Assembly: GCF_964213995.1 (NCBI RefSeq)
Contig: NC_135818.1
Span: forward strand, 74,772,001 to 74,836,000
Length of the DNA: 64,000 bases
Origin: Mustelus asterias
Taxonomy: Eukaryota
Reading direction: 5' to 3'
Shown: one piece after another, positions 24,285 to 35,456 of the stretch
Layout: every line of letters begins with the position of its first letter
How positions within the stretch are numbered: the first letter of the stretch is position 1
The notes under the pieces: generated by a model
What the model was told of the DNA's origin: nothing
The model's input: the letters and a program-made list of their open reading frames with translations, nothing else
Databases searched by the model: none
Position numbers and translations under genes: made by a program

Positions 24285-24845
24285 TTAATGAGAGGATATT
24301 GGTCAGGACACAAAGAGAACCTGCCACTCTTCTTCAAACAGCCAGATAGAAACACTACAGTGCAGAAGGAGGCCATTTGACCATCGAGTCTGCACCAACA
24401 ACAATACCACTATTGTCCTATCCCCACAACCCCAGACATTTACCCCACTAATCCCTCTAACCCACACATCCTGGGACAGTAAGGGACAATTTAGCATGGC
24501 CACTCAACCTAACCGGCACATCTTTCAGACTGTGGGAGGAAACTGGGCCACCCAGAGGAAACCCACGCAGACACGGGGAGAGTGTGCAAACTCCACACAG
24601 ACAGTGACCCGAGGCCAGGAATCGAACCCGGGTTCCTGGAGCTGTGAGGCAGCAGTGCTAACCACGGTGCCACCGTGCCGCATGGGCACTTCAACCTCTA
24701 CCTGAAGGCTGATAAGGCCCAAATCCCAAGAATGGCCCCTCTGACAATGCACGGCTTCATCAGTGCTGCAGTGGATTGCCAATTTAGATTGGAATAGGGT
24801 TGAATCTCTGAGTGGAGAACAAGGGTGCCACCAAGTGAATGAAGC
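24285..24845 (-). mobile_element. Decayed DeuSINE (SacSINE1-like) split by an HE1 SINE
   Basis: Reverse similarity to 51570-51800 on both sides of 24346-24681. Confidence 0.5.
24346..24681 (-). mobile_element. HE1-type V-SINE (type A tail)
   Basis: Head, V core, CR1-type tail. Confidence 0.9.
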
Positions 24846-25489
24846 TTAAAATGTTCCTTATGCCTGAATTCCCTCACCTTGATAAGCAAACACCTTAAGC
24901 TCCTCCAGAAAAAAACTCCATTAATTTAACAAACAACTTGTCATTTACGTGGCCCCAGTAAGCAAAATAAAAGTGCAACAGCCTGGAATCAAGAGATAAA
25001 TGTATACTGGAGGAAATTCCTCAACAGAGATGAAATTCTCCGAGCAGACAGTCTTCAGATACTGAACACCACACAGACTGGCACATTGTGAATCAGATGA
25101 CTGTACTAAAATATGATTACATGATTAATAAGAAACTCAGCAAAAAATAGCCTGCCACTGTAAATGAGTACCTGCTAAAAATAAACACTCTGTCAAAGAA
25201 ATTACGAATAATAAGTAAAAACAGATTTATTTGAATAAGGAGCAGAATCCTGCATGCATCATATTGATTCTGACAACAACTCGGATGGACAGGAGCACAG
25301 AATTTAAAACTTATTATGCATGCTGAATCTTCAGCTGCAATAGCACCTTCCAAACCCATGACCTCTACCACCTAGAAGCATGCCAAAATGTGGGTGAAAA
25401 AAAAAGACTAGTGAAGATAAATGTAAGTCCCTCACAGTCTTAGACAAAAGATTAGAGAACAAGGCAATGGCAGAGCAATTAAACATCCT

Positions 25490-25800
25490 GTGTTATAGGG
25501 AGAGGTTGGCCAGGCTAGGACTTTATTCCTTCGAATGTAGGAGAATGAGGGGTGACCTTACTAGGTGTATAAAATCATGAGGGGCTTAGATAGGATGAAC
25601 GCACATCGGCCAGAATTTTACCGGCCCGCCCAACACGGGAATCAGAGTGGCGGAGGGACAGAGCACGGGAAGATCCGTTGACCTAGGTTGGGATCTTACG
25701 GTTACAGGCTGAGCGAGGTCATAAAATCTCGCCTATTGTCTTTTTCCCAGGGAAGGAGAATTGAAAACCAAAGGGCATAGGTTTAAAGTAAGAGGGGAAA
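25490..25800 (+). mobile_element. CR1 3' fragment containing a Harbinger MITE (25608-25734)
   Basis: YRERLARLGLYS..RRMRGDL-type sequence; MITE TIRs GGCCAGAATTTT / AAAATCTCGCC. Confidence 0.8.
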
Positions 25801-25952
25801 GGAGAGGGTGCAGAGTGTTACAGCCACAGCTAAGGTGTCGAGAAAGATCAGCTTAATATATGGTAGGTCCATTCAAAAGTCTGATGGCAGCAGGGAAGAA
25901 GCTGTTCTTGAGTCGGTTGGTACGTGTCCTCAGACTTCTGTACCTTTTTCCA
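25800..25952 (-). mobile_element. Rex1/Babar-like LINE fragment
   Basis: Matches 50020-50175. Confidence 0.75.
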
Positions 25953-26027
25953 GTGGCCGGAATTTTATTGGTTGTTCTTTCCCCCCGCTTTCCAACTGTT
26001 TTTTTTCTCATGCCTGAATTTCAATGC

Positions 26028-26640
26028 TGTGGTGAGCCATTGTTGGTTCCCACCAGGTAGTGCTGAGCCAGGGTCTGGCCAGTACTATGAGTCTGTATAT
26101 ATGTTACTGTTGGGGTTAGGGTTGGGCTGTTCTACATGTTACTGTTGGGGTTAGGGTTGGGCTGTTCTATCTATAATATAGTTCTTATGGTACATCCCAG
26201 TCGGGCTCCGCTTCCTGGGAGAGGTATAAAGGACACTGCTCTGTCTGGGACCCTTTAGTCTGGGATCGTGTATTATATATGGTAGCTCTATTGTTGTAGT
26301 CAATAAAAGCCTTTATTTCCTCGAGTACCTCTAGCCTCGTGAGTTATGTCGCACATCAATTTTATTGACTACAACAATAGAGCTACCATATATAATACAC
26401 GATTCCAGACTAAAGGGTCCCAGACAGAGCAGTGACCTTTATACCTCTCCCAGGAGGCGGAGCCCGACTGGGATGTACCATAAGAACTATATTACAGGTA
26501 GAACAGCCCAACCCTACCCCCAACAGTAACATGTAGAACAGCCCAACCCTAACCCCAACAGTAACATATATACAGACTCATAGTACTGGCCAGACCCTGG
26601 CTCAGCACTACCTGGTGGGAACCAACGATGGTTCACCACA
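26028..26640. mobile_element. Fold-back element: complete Gypsy-type LTR (26028-26358) plus inverted U3-R copy (26360-26640)
   Basis: 281-bp inverted arms, 51-bp loop, TGTGGTGA...TCACCACA ends, TSD AATGC (26023-26027, 26641-26645), TATAAA at 26225, AATAAA at 26302; homologous to the LTR at 41125-41442. Confidence 0.85.
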
Positions 26641-26858
26641 AATGCTCTACCATTTGCGGCTATGCCTTCAGCAGCCCTAAGCACCTAAACCTCTCCACCT
26701 CTCCCTCTTTCTTCCTGTAGTATCTAAAACCTACCTCCTCGCCACCTGCCCCAACACTTCCTTGTGCGACTCGGGTGTCAAATTCTATTTGCTGACACTG
26801 CTGTAAAGGGTCATGGGACATCTTACTCTGTTGAAGGCACTGTGTAAATGCAAGTTGA
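26641..26858 (+). mobile_element. L2-like LINE 3' end (host of the fold-back element)
   Basis: GCCTTCAGC...AAAACCTACCTC...GGCACTGTGTAAATGCAAGTTG. Confidence 0.6.
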
Positions 26859-26861
26859 GAT

Positions 26862-27152
26862 GCATGGTGGCACAATAGTTAGCCCTGCTGCCTCACAGTG
26901 CCAGGGACCCGGGTTCGATTCCCGGTTTGGGTCACTTTCTGTGCAGAGTCTGCATGTGTCTGCATGGGTTACCATCGGGTGCTCCGGTTTCCTCCCACAG
27001 TCCGATAGATGCGTTGGTTAGATGCACTGGCCATGCTCAATTCTCCCTCAGTGTACCCGAACAGGCACTGGAGTGTGGTGACTAGGGGATTTTCACAGTA
27101 ACTTCATTGCAGTGTTAATGTAAGCCTACTTGTGACACTAATAAATAAACTT
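26862..27152 (+). mobile_element. V-SINE type B
   Basis: Head, V core, type-B tail. Confidence 0.9.
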
Positions 27153-27173
27153 ATAACACGTAAAGACGAGATG

Positions 27174-27411
27174 TCACGGCGATTCTCCATGTAAGCAATC
27201 GCCAAAATCTTGCCGCCATGCACACCGGCGGGATCTTACGATCCCATCGACAGTGCACCCCCGCCACGGATTTCCAGGTGGCAAGGGGCCCATTCAACAG
27301 GAAACCCTGTTGGCAACATTGGGACCATACGATCTTGTTGCCAGGGGAGCGGGGCACGGCCTCCCGCCGCCATGGCGAAACACACCGCGGAGAGTGAGGA
27401 AAATGCAGCCC
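27174..27411. mobile_element. GC-rich Harbinger-like non-autonomous element
   Basis: Ends GGCGATTCTCC / GGAAAATGCAGCCC resemble the MITE TIRs. Confidence 0.5.
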
Positions 27412-28261
27412 ACTCTATCAAAAATGGGTGCCTGGTTGTCAAAGCTGGGTCTGCTTATGGGAATGGTGGACATGAGGGGGGAAAATATTGGTTGGGGAGA
27501 GTCCAAACTGTAGTAGCCTCACATCATTTTCCTTTCCTTCGCAGGCGAGGTAATGGCGGAAGAGATGCAGAAGCAGAAAGTTATGTGGAAAAATCTGTCA
27601 TATTTTGTTGCTGCTGTTTTATTCTGCCCATGCAGCCTCCTGCCCACGCAGAATCCAGCACCATAATGCTCCTGACACTCGCCTTAGTCTCTGGGAGACT
27701 CTGAATGAGAAACCTGCACATTCTCCACTGTGAGATTGTTATTTGGTACCTCACGCACACATCGTCAGTGAAATGATCCTCCACTGGGGTGCACAATACG
27801 GTGCATATTACAGTCTGCTTGCTCTGTGCTGAGGGAGGCTAAAATTAAAAAGATGGTCCCAGCTTCAAAGCTTAATGTAAAAATGCAGCTTTCCTGCGCC
27901 CACTTTAGTATCACTTAGTGCTCAGTGAGAGTTCAGTTGATAATCCGATACTGCGCCTCAGGCCTCACCTGCTGAGGGCCCAGCTAACATGTTTCTGGAC
28001 TATTCTTGCAAGAATCAATCAACCGAGTTTCCATATAGCCTCAAAGAATTGAGAAAGCAGGTTAAGCGTCACCAGAGGCAGATGTTTAATCAACTTGTAA
28101 AACATCAGCACAACACAGTCAGTTGCCTGTCGGAGAGAGCAGTGAGGTTCTTCAACTTATCTCTTGTTTCAAACTTTCTGCAGGTTTTGGCCGTAGAGTG
28201 TTACGTTCTTCTGCCTCTGATGGGTGACCCTGTACAGGAGGGAGGATCCTGCTGAGATCCA

Positions 28262-28571
28262 GTTTAACGTTTTTATTTATTAATCACAAGTAGGCTTACA
28301 TTAAGACTGCAATGAAGTTAATGTGAAAATCATCTAGTCGCCACACTCCGGCGCCTGTTCGGGTAAACTGAGGGAGAATTTAGCATGGCCAATGCACCTA
28401 ACCAGCATGTCTTTCGGACTGTGGGAGTGAACTGGAGCACCTGGAGGAAACCCACGCAGACACGGGGAGAACGTGCAGACTCCGCACAGACAGTGGCCCA
28501 AGCCAGGAATTGAACCTGGGTCCCTGGTACTGTGAGGCAGCAGTGCTAACGTCTGTGCCACCATGCCGCCC
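28262..28571 (-). mobile_element. V-SINE type B
   Basis: Full-length head to tail. Confidence 0.9.
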
Positions 28572-29053
28572 GCGTAGAGTGAGTGTAGCTCAGAAGTCTG
28601 CATCTGGATTGAACAGCTGTAATGAATGCTGCAAAACTGACCAGTGCAGTTGGAAGGAGTTCAGAGAAACAACCGTCTCAAACCTGATAGATTTCCTCCT
28701 TGAAATAATTCAAGGTCAATTGTGAAGGTTGGTTAGTCCATCCGAGAAAATCTAGTTTAACTGCTGCATTGTAGATGAAACCACTATTATTGTGGTTGTG
28801 ATAGTTCGCGATAATATTTTAAGTCCAGCAGGTGTTCTGTTGAATATACAGGAATAGCCAAGGCAACAACAGGCGGAATCTTTCTTTCTTTTGCTCTCCG
28901 TCCCTCTTTCTTCTTCCTTTCCCAACACTTCTTGCCCTTTCCTCTCCCCCAACTTCCGCCGCTTTATTAAAATTTCTGTCCCAATTCTCCTCCTTCTCTC
29001 ACCTGACTACAAAACAACAACAAAGTTACTGATTGGCAGTGAAGCTCTTTGAG

Positions 29054-29380
29054 ATCATAGAATCCCTACAGTACAGAATGAGGCCATCTGGCCCATCGAG
29101 TGTGCACCCACTCTCTGGCAGAGCATCTCACTCAGACCTATCCCCGTAACCTCACGTATTTATCCAGCTAATCTTCCTAACCTACACATCTTGGGACACT
29201 AAGGGACAATTTAGCGTGGCTAATCCATCTAACCTAAGCATCTTTGGACTGTGGGAGGAAACCGGAGCACAGACATGGGAATAGCATGCTAACTCCAAAC
29301 AGACAGTCACCCAAGGCTGCAATTGAACCCGGGTCCCTGGCACTGTGAGGCAGCAGTACTACCCACCGTGCCACCATGTC
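29054..29380 (-). mobile_element. HE1-type V-SINE (type A)
   Basis: Head, partial V core, tail. Confidence 0.85.
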
Positions 29381-29465
29381 CTGTGGTCGTGAATGTAATT
29401 CTTTCACCTCCTGTTCTCTCCTGCCGCTTCTCCCACTGTCCCCTTTTCTCTCTTCCTCCTCTCTT

Positions 29466-29635
29466 AGAATCATAGAATCTTGACAGTATAGAAGGAAGCC
29501 ATTCTGATCACCGAGCCTGCACCGACAACAATCCCACCCAGGCCCTATTCCTGTAACCCCACCTATTTACCCTGGTAATCCCCTTGACACTAAGGGGCAA
29601 TTTATCATGGCCAATCCACCTAACCCACACATCTT
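29466..29635 (-). mobile_element. 5'-truncated HE1 SINE
   Basis: Tail half only. Confidence 0.85.
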
Positions 29636-29716
29636 ATGAAATTGCAGAGTGTGTTTCCTCCGGACAATGACTAGTGATCTTCATATGTGCTCACACCATT
29701 TTATTTTCCACTCCAG

Positions 29717-30175
29717 TTATTGACAGAAAGAGTTTTACCCTTCTCATTATATATATGTAGAACAAAACAAGGAGGGAAACAATTTAATATTTATTACATT
29801 GCATGCAGGGCAATGCGTCGGGTGGCAGGTCTTCATCTTCAGAAGTTATTCAAACCTTACAACCATCCAGTTGAATTACTGGCTCATAATCATTCCCAAG
29901 TACCTATTATTCTCTATCTGATAAACATATGGTACGAGGGATCCTTTACTCCTGAGAAATACCAGAATATCTTAAAACAGCTTCTTAGATCTGGATATTC
30001 TGTCAATTGCACAGAAGACCATCACAGCGCACGTATGCCCATGAGTTCTGGGTCTTTTGCATTTCTGAAAGTTCCAGTCACTTATTACCACCGGTGGGAA
30101 TTACCGCATTTATTATTTTCTGAAATCATACAGGATGGACCAGTGCATGAACAAGTGCGGATGATTCTAGTTTAG
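29717..30175 (+). CDS. Candidate coding exon of unknown product (152 aa to stop)
   Basis: Stop-free frame in AT-rich unique DNA, preceded by in-phase acceptor TTTTATTTTCCACTCCAG; no recognisable protein family. Confidence 0.25.
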   Translation, partial: LLTERVLPFSLYICRTKQGGKQFNIYYIACRAMRRVAGLHLQKLFKPYNHPVELLAHNHSQVPIILYLINIWYEGSFTPEKYQNILKQLLRSGYSVNCTEDHHSARMPMSSGSFAFLKVPVTYYHRWELPHLLFSEIIQDGPVHEQVRMILV

Positions 30176-30539
30176 AAAATCAGGTTTCTCTTTCAGCGGC
30201 AGGGTATCAGGCTGGCGGGCCTGGAGGATGTTGTCAGAGACAACAAAAAGGTTGTTTGGAAACACTTTCTTTTCTTTCACACGCAAAGAAAATTGATGAA
30301 ACTACTGGAAATGCGAGGTGAAAACTGAAAGGATGCAGGAAGTCCACAACAGGTACAACAGTGTCTGACAGAAGAAAGGGGAGTTTAATGAATTGCGGAC
30401 AACCTCTCCTCAGAACTGAAAAATAGGAGGATTCCTGCTCTCCCTGGCTCTAAACTGAATTCAATAAAAACAAAATCTGTTGGAGACGTCAAATGGTCCC
30501 ATTAAGGTCCACTGGTTAGGATATAGATGAATCCAAGAA

Positions 30540-31690
30540 GAACATACAGCACAAGAAATAGAATCAGGAGTTGGCTACCAGGCCCTTCAAGCCTGTCCCG
30601 CCATTCAATACCATTATGGCTGATCTATGCCAACCTCAACTCCTTTTCTGTACCATTTCCCCATAGCCCTCTATTCCTTTATCCACCTCCACTTTAAATA
30701 CTTCCAATGATCCAGCCTCCACCGCCCTTTGGGGCAGAGAATTCCAGAGATTCACCACCCTCTGCAAGAAGAAATAACCACGTACCTTCGCTTTAAATGA
30801 CTGGCCCTTTATCTTATAGCTATGTCCTCTTGTTCGAGACTCTCCCACTCGTGAAAACATCTCACCGTCCAACCCTGTCAAGCTCCTTCAGGATCTGATA
30901 TGTTTGAATAAGGTCACCCCTCAATCAAAGTTTAAAGTTTATTTATTAGTCACAAGTAAGGCTTACATTAACACTGCAATGAAGTTACTGTGAAATTCCC
31001 CTAGTCGCCACAGTCCGGCGCCTGTTCGGGTCAATGCACTTAACCAGCACGTCTTTCAGACTGTGGGAGGAAACCGGAGCACCCGGAGGAAACCCACGCA
31101 GACATGGGGGAGAATGTGCAAACTCCACACAGACAGTGACCCAAGCGGGAATCAAACCCGGGCCCCTGGCGCTGTGAAGCAGCAATGCTAACCACTGTGC
31201 TAACATGCCACCCCAATCTTCTAAACTCCAGGGAATACTGACCCAGACTATTTAGTCACCCTTGATAGGACAATCCATTCACCCATTCGTCCAGGCTTGA
31301 AGGGCTGAATGGCCTACTCCTGCACTTATTTTCTATGTTTCTATGTTTATCCCAGAAATTAGCCTGGTGAATCTCCTTTGAACTGCTTCCAATGTTGCTA
31401 TATCCTCTTAAAGGTAAGGGGATTAAAACTGTACATAGTAACTTCATTGCAGTGTTTATGTAAGCCTTACTTGTGAGTAATAAACAAACTTTAAAAAAAC
31501 TTTTATAGGGTGTTGGTGAGGCCTCAGCTGGAACAAACTCCAATGAATACAAGCTTAACTGATTTAGTCTCTCCTCATATGACAGTCCTGACATCCCAGG
31601 AATCAGCCTGGTAAACCTTCGCTGTACTCCCTCTGTAGCAAGCACATCTCTCCTCAGATAAGGACATCAAAACTGCACACAATACTTTCT
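30540..31690 (-). mobile_element. Cluster of CR1 3' fragments with nested SINE pieces
   Basis: RTRGHSYKIKG..FFLQRVVNLWNSLP and EGVQRRFTRLIPG motifs. Confidence 0.8.
30928..31212 (-). mobile_element. V-SINE type B
   Basis: Head, V core, type-B tail with internal deletion. Confidence 0.9.
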
Positions 31691-32013
31691 CATAGAATCA
31701 TAGAATCCTACAGTGCAGAAGGAGGCCATTCAGCCCATTGAGTCTTTACCAGCCACAATCCCAGCCAGGCTCTATCCCCACAACTCCATGCATTTATCTG
31801 AGCTAAACGCCCTGACACTAAGAGGCAATTTAGTATGGCCAATCCACCTAACCCACACACTTTTGGACTGTGGGAGGAAACTGGAGCACCTGGAGGAAAC
31901 CCACGCAGACACGGGGAGAACGTGCAAACTCCACACAGACAGTGACCCAAGCCAAGAATTGAACTCGGGTCCCTGGTGCTGTGAGGCAGCAGTGCTAACC
32001 ACTGTGCTACCGT
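31691..32013 (-). mobile_element. HE1-type V-SINE (type A)
   Basis: Head, V core, tail. Confidence 0.9.
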
Positions 32014-32789
32014 TCCCAAGTCTGCCTGATTAATGTGGCATCTGCTTCCCATTGGAGGTAGTGTTGTCTTGACTCCATGAGCACCCTACTTTCTTCTTCC
32101 ATTGACTTTCTCATCAAGATGTGGAGTGCTAAGGACATTGGAGAGTGGAACAGTTTGCATTGGAGAAGGGTCGCCCTCCCAACATAAGCAATAACATGGA
32201 TCACATGCAGTGTCAAACACAGCCCTCCAAGGACTAATGCTTCACAATAATTGCCCTAAATCACACTTGCATCCAGGAGCTGGGTAAGATGCTGAGTGAG
32301 GTGCAGACTTGATGGGCTGAATGGCTTCTTTCTGCACTGGAGAGAATCTATGGTGTTTTTATTTTGAACTTGCGCAATCATTGATTTTGATTTGATTTAT
32401 TACTGTCACATGTATTTGCATTTGTGCTTTTTCAGATGCCGGAGTCTCTCATTTGCACTTGCAGTTAAAATAAAAACAGATACAGATTAAATAGGAGGAG
32501 ACAGCACATTAGTAGCACCTCTTGGAGCACAGGGAAGCTGTTCAGTGGGAAGGGGTGCAATTGTTACTTTAGTCCAATCAGGGAGAAAGACCTGATCATG
32601 CAAAAGTATTTTGAATGAGCTATTAAAATATTCTCAGAGCGGTTTGGTACTTTTATTCCAGTGGGATCTTGACTAATTTGATCGAGAAATTTAAAGGTGC
32701 AATTATTGTACACAGAATTAAAATGGAGATATGGCAACATGCTACAAAATGGTCATTTTTAAAAGCATTTGATATTTTAAAATTAATTC

Positions 32790-33710
32790 AAGAGACAGGA
32801 GCAGGAGCAGAGCACACACCCCAGCGAGCCTCCTCCACCATTCAATATGATCAGGGCTGATCTTGGGCTTCAACTCCACTGTTCAACTTACTCCCCATTC
32901 CACCAGAGACCAAAAATCTGTCTATCCAATCCTTAAATGCATTCAATGATGGAGCATCAATGCCCCACTGGGATAGAGTATTGTCTCGCAATCCTTTGGG
33001 TGAAATAATTTCTTCTCATCTCAGTCCTAAGTGATCAGACCCATATCCTGTGATTATGCCCCCATGTTTTAGACTCCCTTACCAGTGGAAACAATCTCTC
33101 AGCGTCTATCCTATCAAGCCATAGAACCATAGAAAAGTTACAGCACAGAAGGAGGCCATTCAGCCAATCTTGTCCATGCCAGCCCAAGAACAGCCCCTTC
33201 AGAATCTTACATGCTTCGATGAGAATAGAATCAGACAATTTGCTCGGCCTCTCATCTTAAGGCAATCCCCTTATCCCGGGTTCAATTTAGTGAACCTTAT
33301 CTGTACTGTCTCCAATGCAAGTATCCTTTCTTTAATATGGAGGTCAAAATTGCACACATCTTAGCTAAATCCTGCACAATTGTAACAGGACTTCTTTATT
33401 TCTGTATTCCAATCCCCTTGCAATAAAGGCCATCATGTCATTTGTCTTCCTAATTGTTTGCTGTACCTGCATGCTAACTTTCTGGGTTCCTTGCACAAGC
33501 ACACCCATGTCTCCCTGAAAGTGAACATTAACAAGTTTTACATTTACTCGTTTTACACTTGAAAAAATTTCTATTCTTGCGAACAGAGTGAATAACTTTG
33601 CATGAACTCACATTATACTCCATCTGCCATCCCATCTTGTTGCCCACCCACGTAACCTGTCTATGTCTCTTTGCAGCCTCTCTGTATCCTCCCCGCAGCT
33701 TACCTTACAC
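32790..33710 (-). mobile_element. Decayed CR1 3' part
   Basis: DRIDAERLFPLVRESKTWGH; matches 35460-36030. Confidence 0.8.
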
Positions 33711-33800
33711 AAGGGAATGAAATGAAGCAGCATTTGTATGCAGATATTGTATGGTCCAGGCAATCCTTACAATTGAATTCTTCAGTCATTGGAAGCAATA

Positions 33801-33924
33801 GCCATCGGAATTCTACCGCTCTACCCGCCACGGAATTGGAGCGGGTGAGGGGCGGACAACGGAAATGTCCATTGACCTTGGGCGGGAATTTCTGGTCTCG
33901 CTCAAGCGAGGCCATGAAATCCCT
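33801..33924. mobile_element. PIF/Harbinger-type MITE
   Basis: Core GTCCATTGACCTTGGGCGGGAATTT, flanked by ATA. Confidence 0.7.
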
Positions 33925-33927
33925 ATA

Positions 33928-34148
33928 AGCTCAAGAACAGCTTGTTCCCTGATGCCATCAGACTTTTGAATGGATCTACCATGTATTAAGTTGATCTGTC
34001 TCTACACCCTAGCTATGACTGTAACACTGCATTCTGCACCCTCTCCTTTCCTTCCCTATATACGGTATGCTTTGTCTGTATAGCGCAAGAAACAATACTT
34101 TTCACTGTATACTAATACATGTGACAATAATAAATCAAATCAAAATCA
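33928..34148 (+). mobile_element. Rex1/Babar-like LINE 3' end
   Basis: Tail TACATGTGACAATAATAAATCAAATC. Confidence 0.85.
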
Positions 34149-34289
34149 ATGATTGCGCAAGTTCAAAATAAAAGCACCATAGATTCTCTCCAGTGCAGAA
34201 AGAGGCCATTCAGCCCATCTTAATCAGCATCTTACCCAGCTTCTGGATGCAAGTGTGATTTAGGGCAAACAAGATTACAGTAAGTGTTT

Positions 34290-35450
34290 GCAATTTAAGG
34301 AGCTTTGGCTAAGAATCGTTGAGCAAGGGGCTAAGCTACAGACTCTGTGATACATCAGGGAGGGGGAAAATTACGCTAACATCTTTTTTCCTGAAAGTGG
34401 TCACACCTTTAGAATAGGGTTGTCTGATTTGGTCAGTGGTCAGGGACAGAAGGGCCTGACTGCAAGTCAAGCAAGTAAGGAGACTGAGAAGGTAGAAGTG
34501 GCGGAAGCTCAGCCCTTGCAATTGTTCAACAGGTTTGAGGTTTTTGCAGCTTGTATGAGAACAAGAGCTGCAAAGTGGATGAGGCAAAGTGACCATGGCA
34601 CCATGGTACAGGAAGCCATTCAAAGAACAAAGAATAAAGAACAATGAAAATTACAGTACAGGAACAGGCCTTTCGGCCCTCCAAGCCTGCACTGACCATG
34701 CTGCTCGTCTGAACTAAAGCTCCTCACCATTCCGGGGACTGTATCCTCTATTCCCATCCCATTCATGTATTTGTCAAGACTCCCCTTAAAAGTCAATATC
34801 GTATCTGCTTCCACTATCTCCCCCGGCAGCGAGTTCCAGGCACCCGCCGCCCTCTGTGTAAAAAACTTGCCTCGTACATCTCCTTTAAACTTTGCCCCTC
34901 GTACCTTAAACCTATGCCCCCTAGTAATTGACTCTTCCACCCTGGGAAAAAACTTCTGACTATCCACTCTGTCCACACCCCTCATAATCTTGTAGACTTC
35001 TATCAGGTTGCCCCACAACCTCTGTCTTTCCATTGAGAACAAACCAAGTTTCTCCAACCTCTCCTGATAGCTAATGCATTCCACGCCAGGCAACATCCTG
35101 GTAAACCTTTTCTGCACCCTCTCCAAAGCCTCATTCATGCAGAGGGAATGAACAGAAATGTTGTGATGATAGGGGACAGCACAATCAGAGGTATCTACAC
35201 AGTTCTCTGCAGCCAAGAGCATGAATCTAGGCAGTGGTGTTGCATTATTGTTGTCAGGATTTGGGACATCTCCTCTGGGCTGGAGAGAAGCGTGCAGTGA
35301 GAAGGAGAGGATCCACTTGTCATGGTCTGTGTGGGTACCAACAACATAGTTAGGATTAGGAAAGAGATTCTGATGAAGAATTATGATCAGATGGGGCTAA
35401 ATTCAGAAGCAGAAACACAGAGGTAATAATCTCTGGATTATTTTGTAATC
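34290..35450 (+). mobile_element. Decayed CR1 ORF1 (SGNH esterase-like) interrupted by an antisense CR1 3' end
   Basis: PLQLFNRFEVF, VVMIGDSTIRG and VCVGTNNI motifs. Confidence 0.7.
34623..35131 (-). mobile_element. CR1 3' end with 6-bp TSD
   Basis: ALERVQKRFTRMLPG...FFTQRAAGAWNSLP; TSD CATTCA at 34617-34622 and 35132-35137. Confidence 0.9.
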
Positions 35451-35456
35451 CATGGT

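Noticed and set aside
26028-26640. Possibility that the palindrome is an assembly fold-back artefact
   Set aside because: The arms differ at several positions, and the unit is bounded by a TSD within a continuous host repeat
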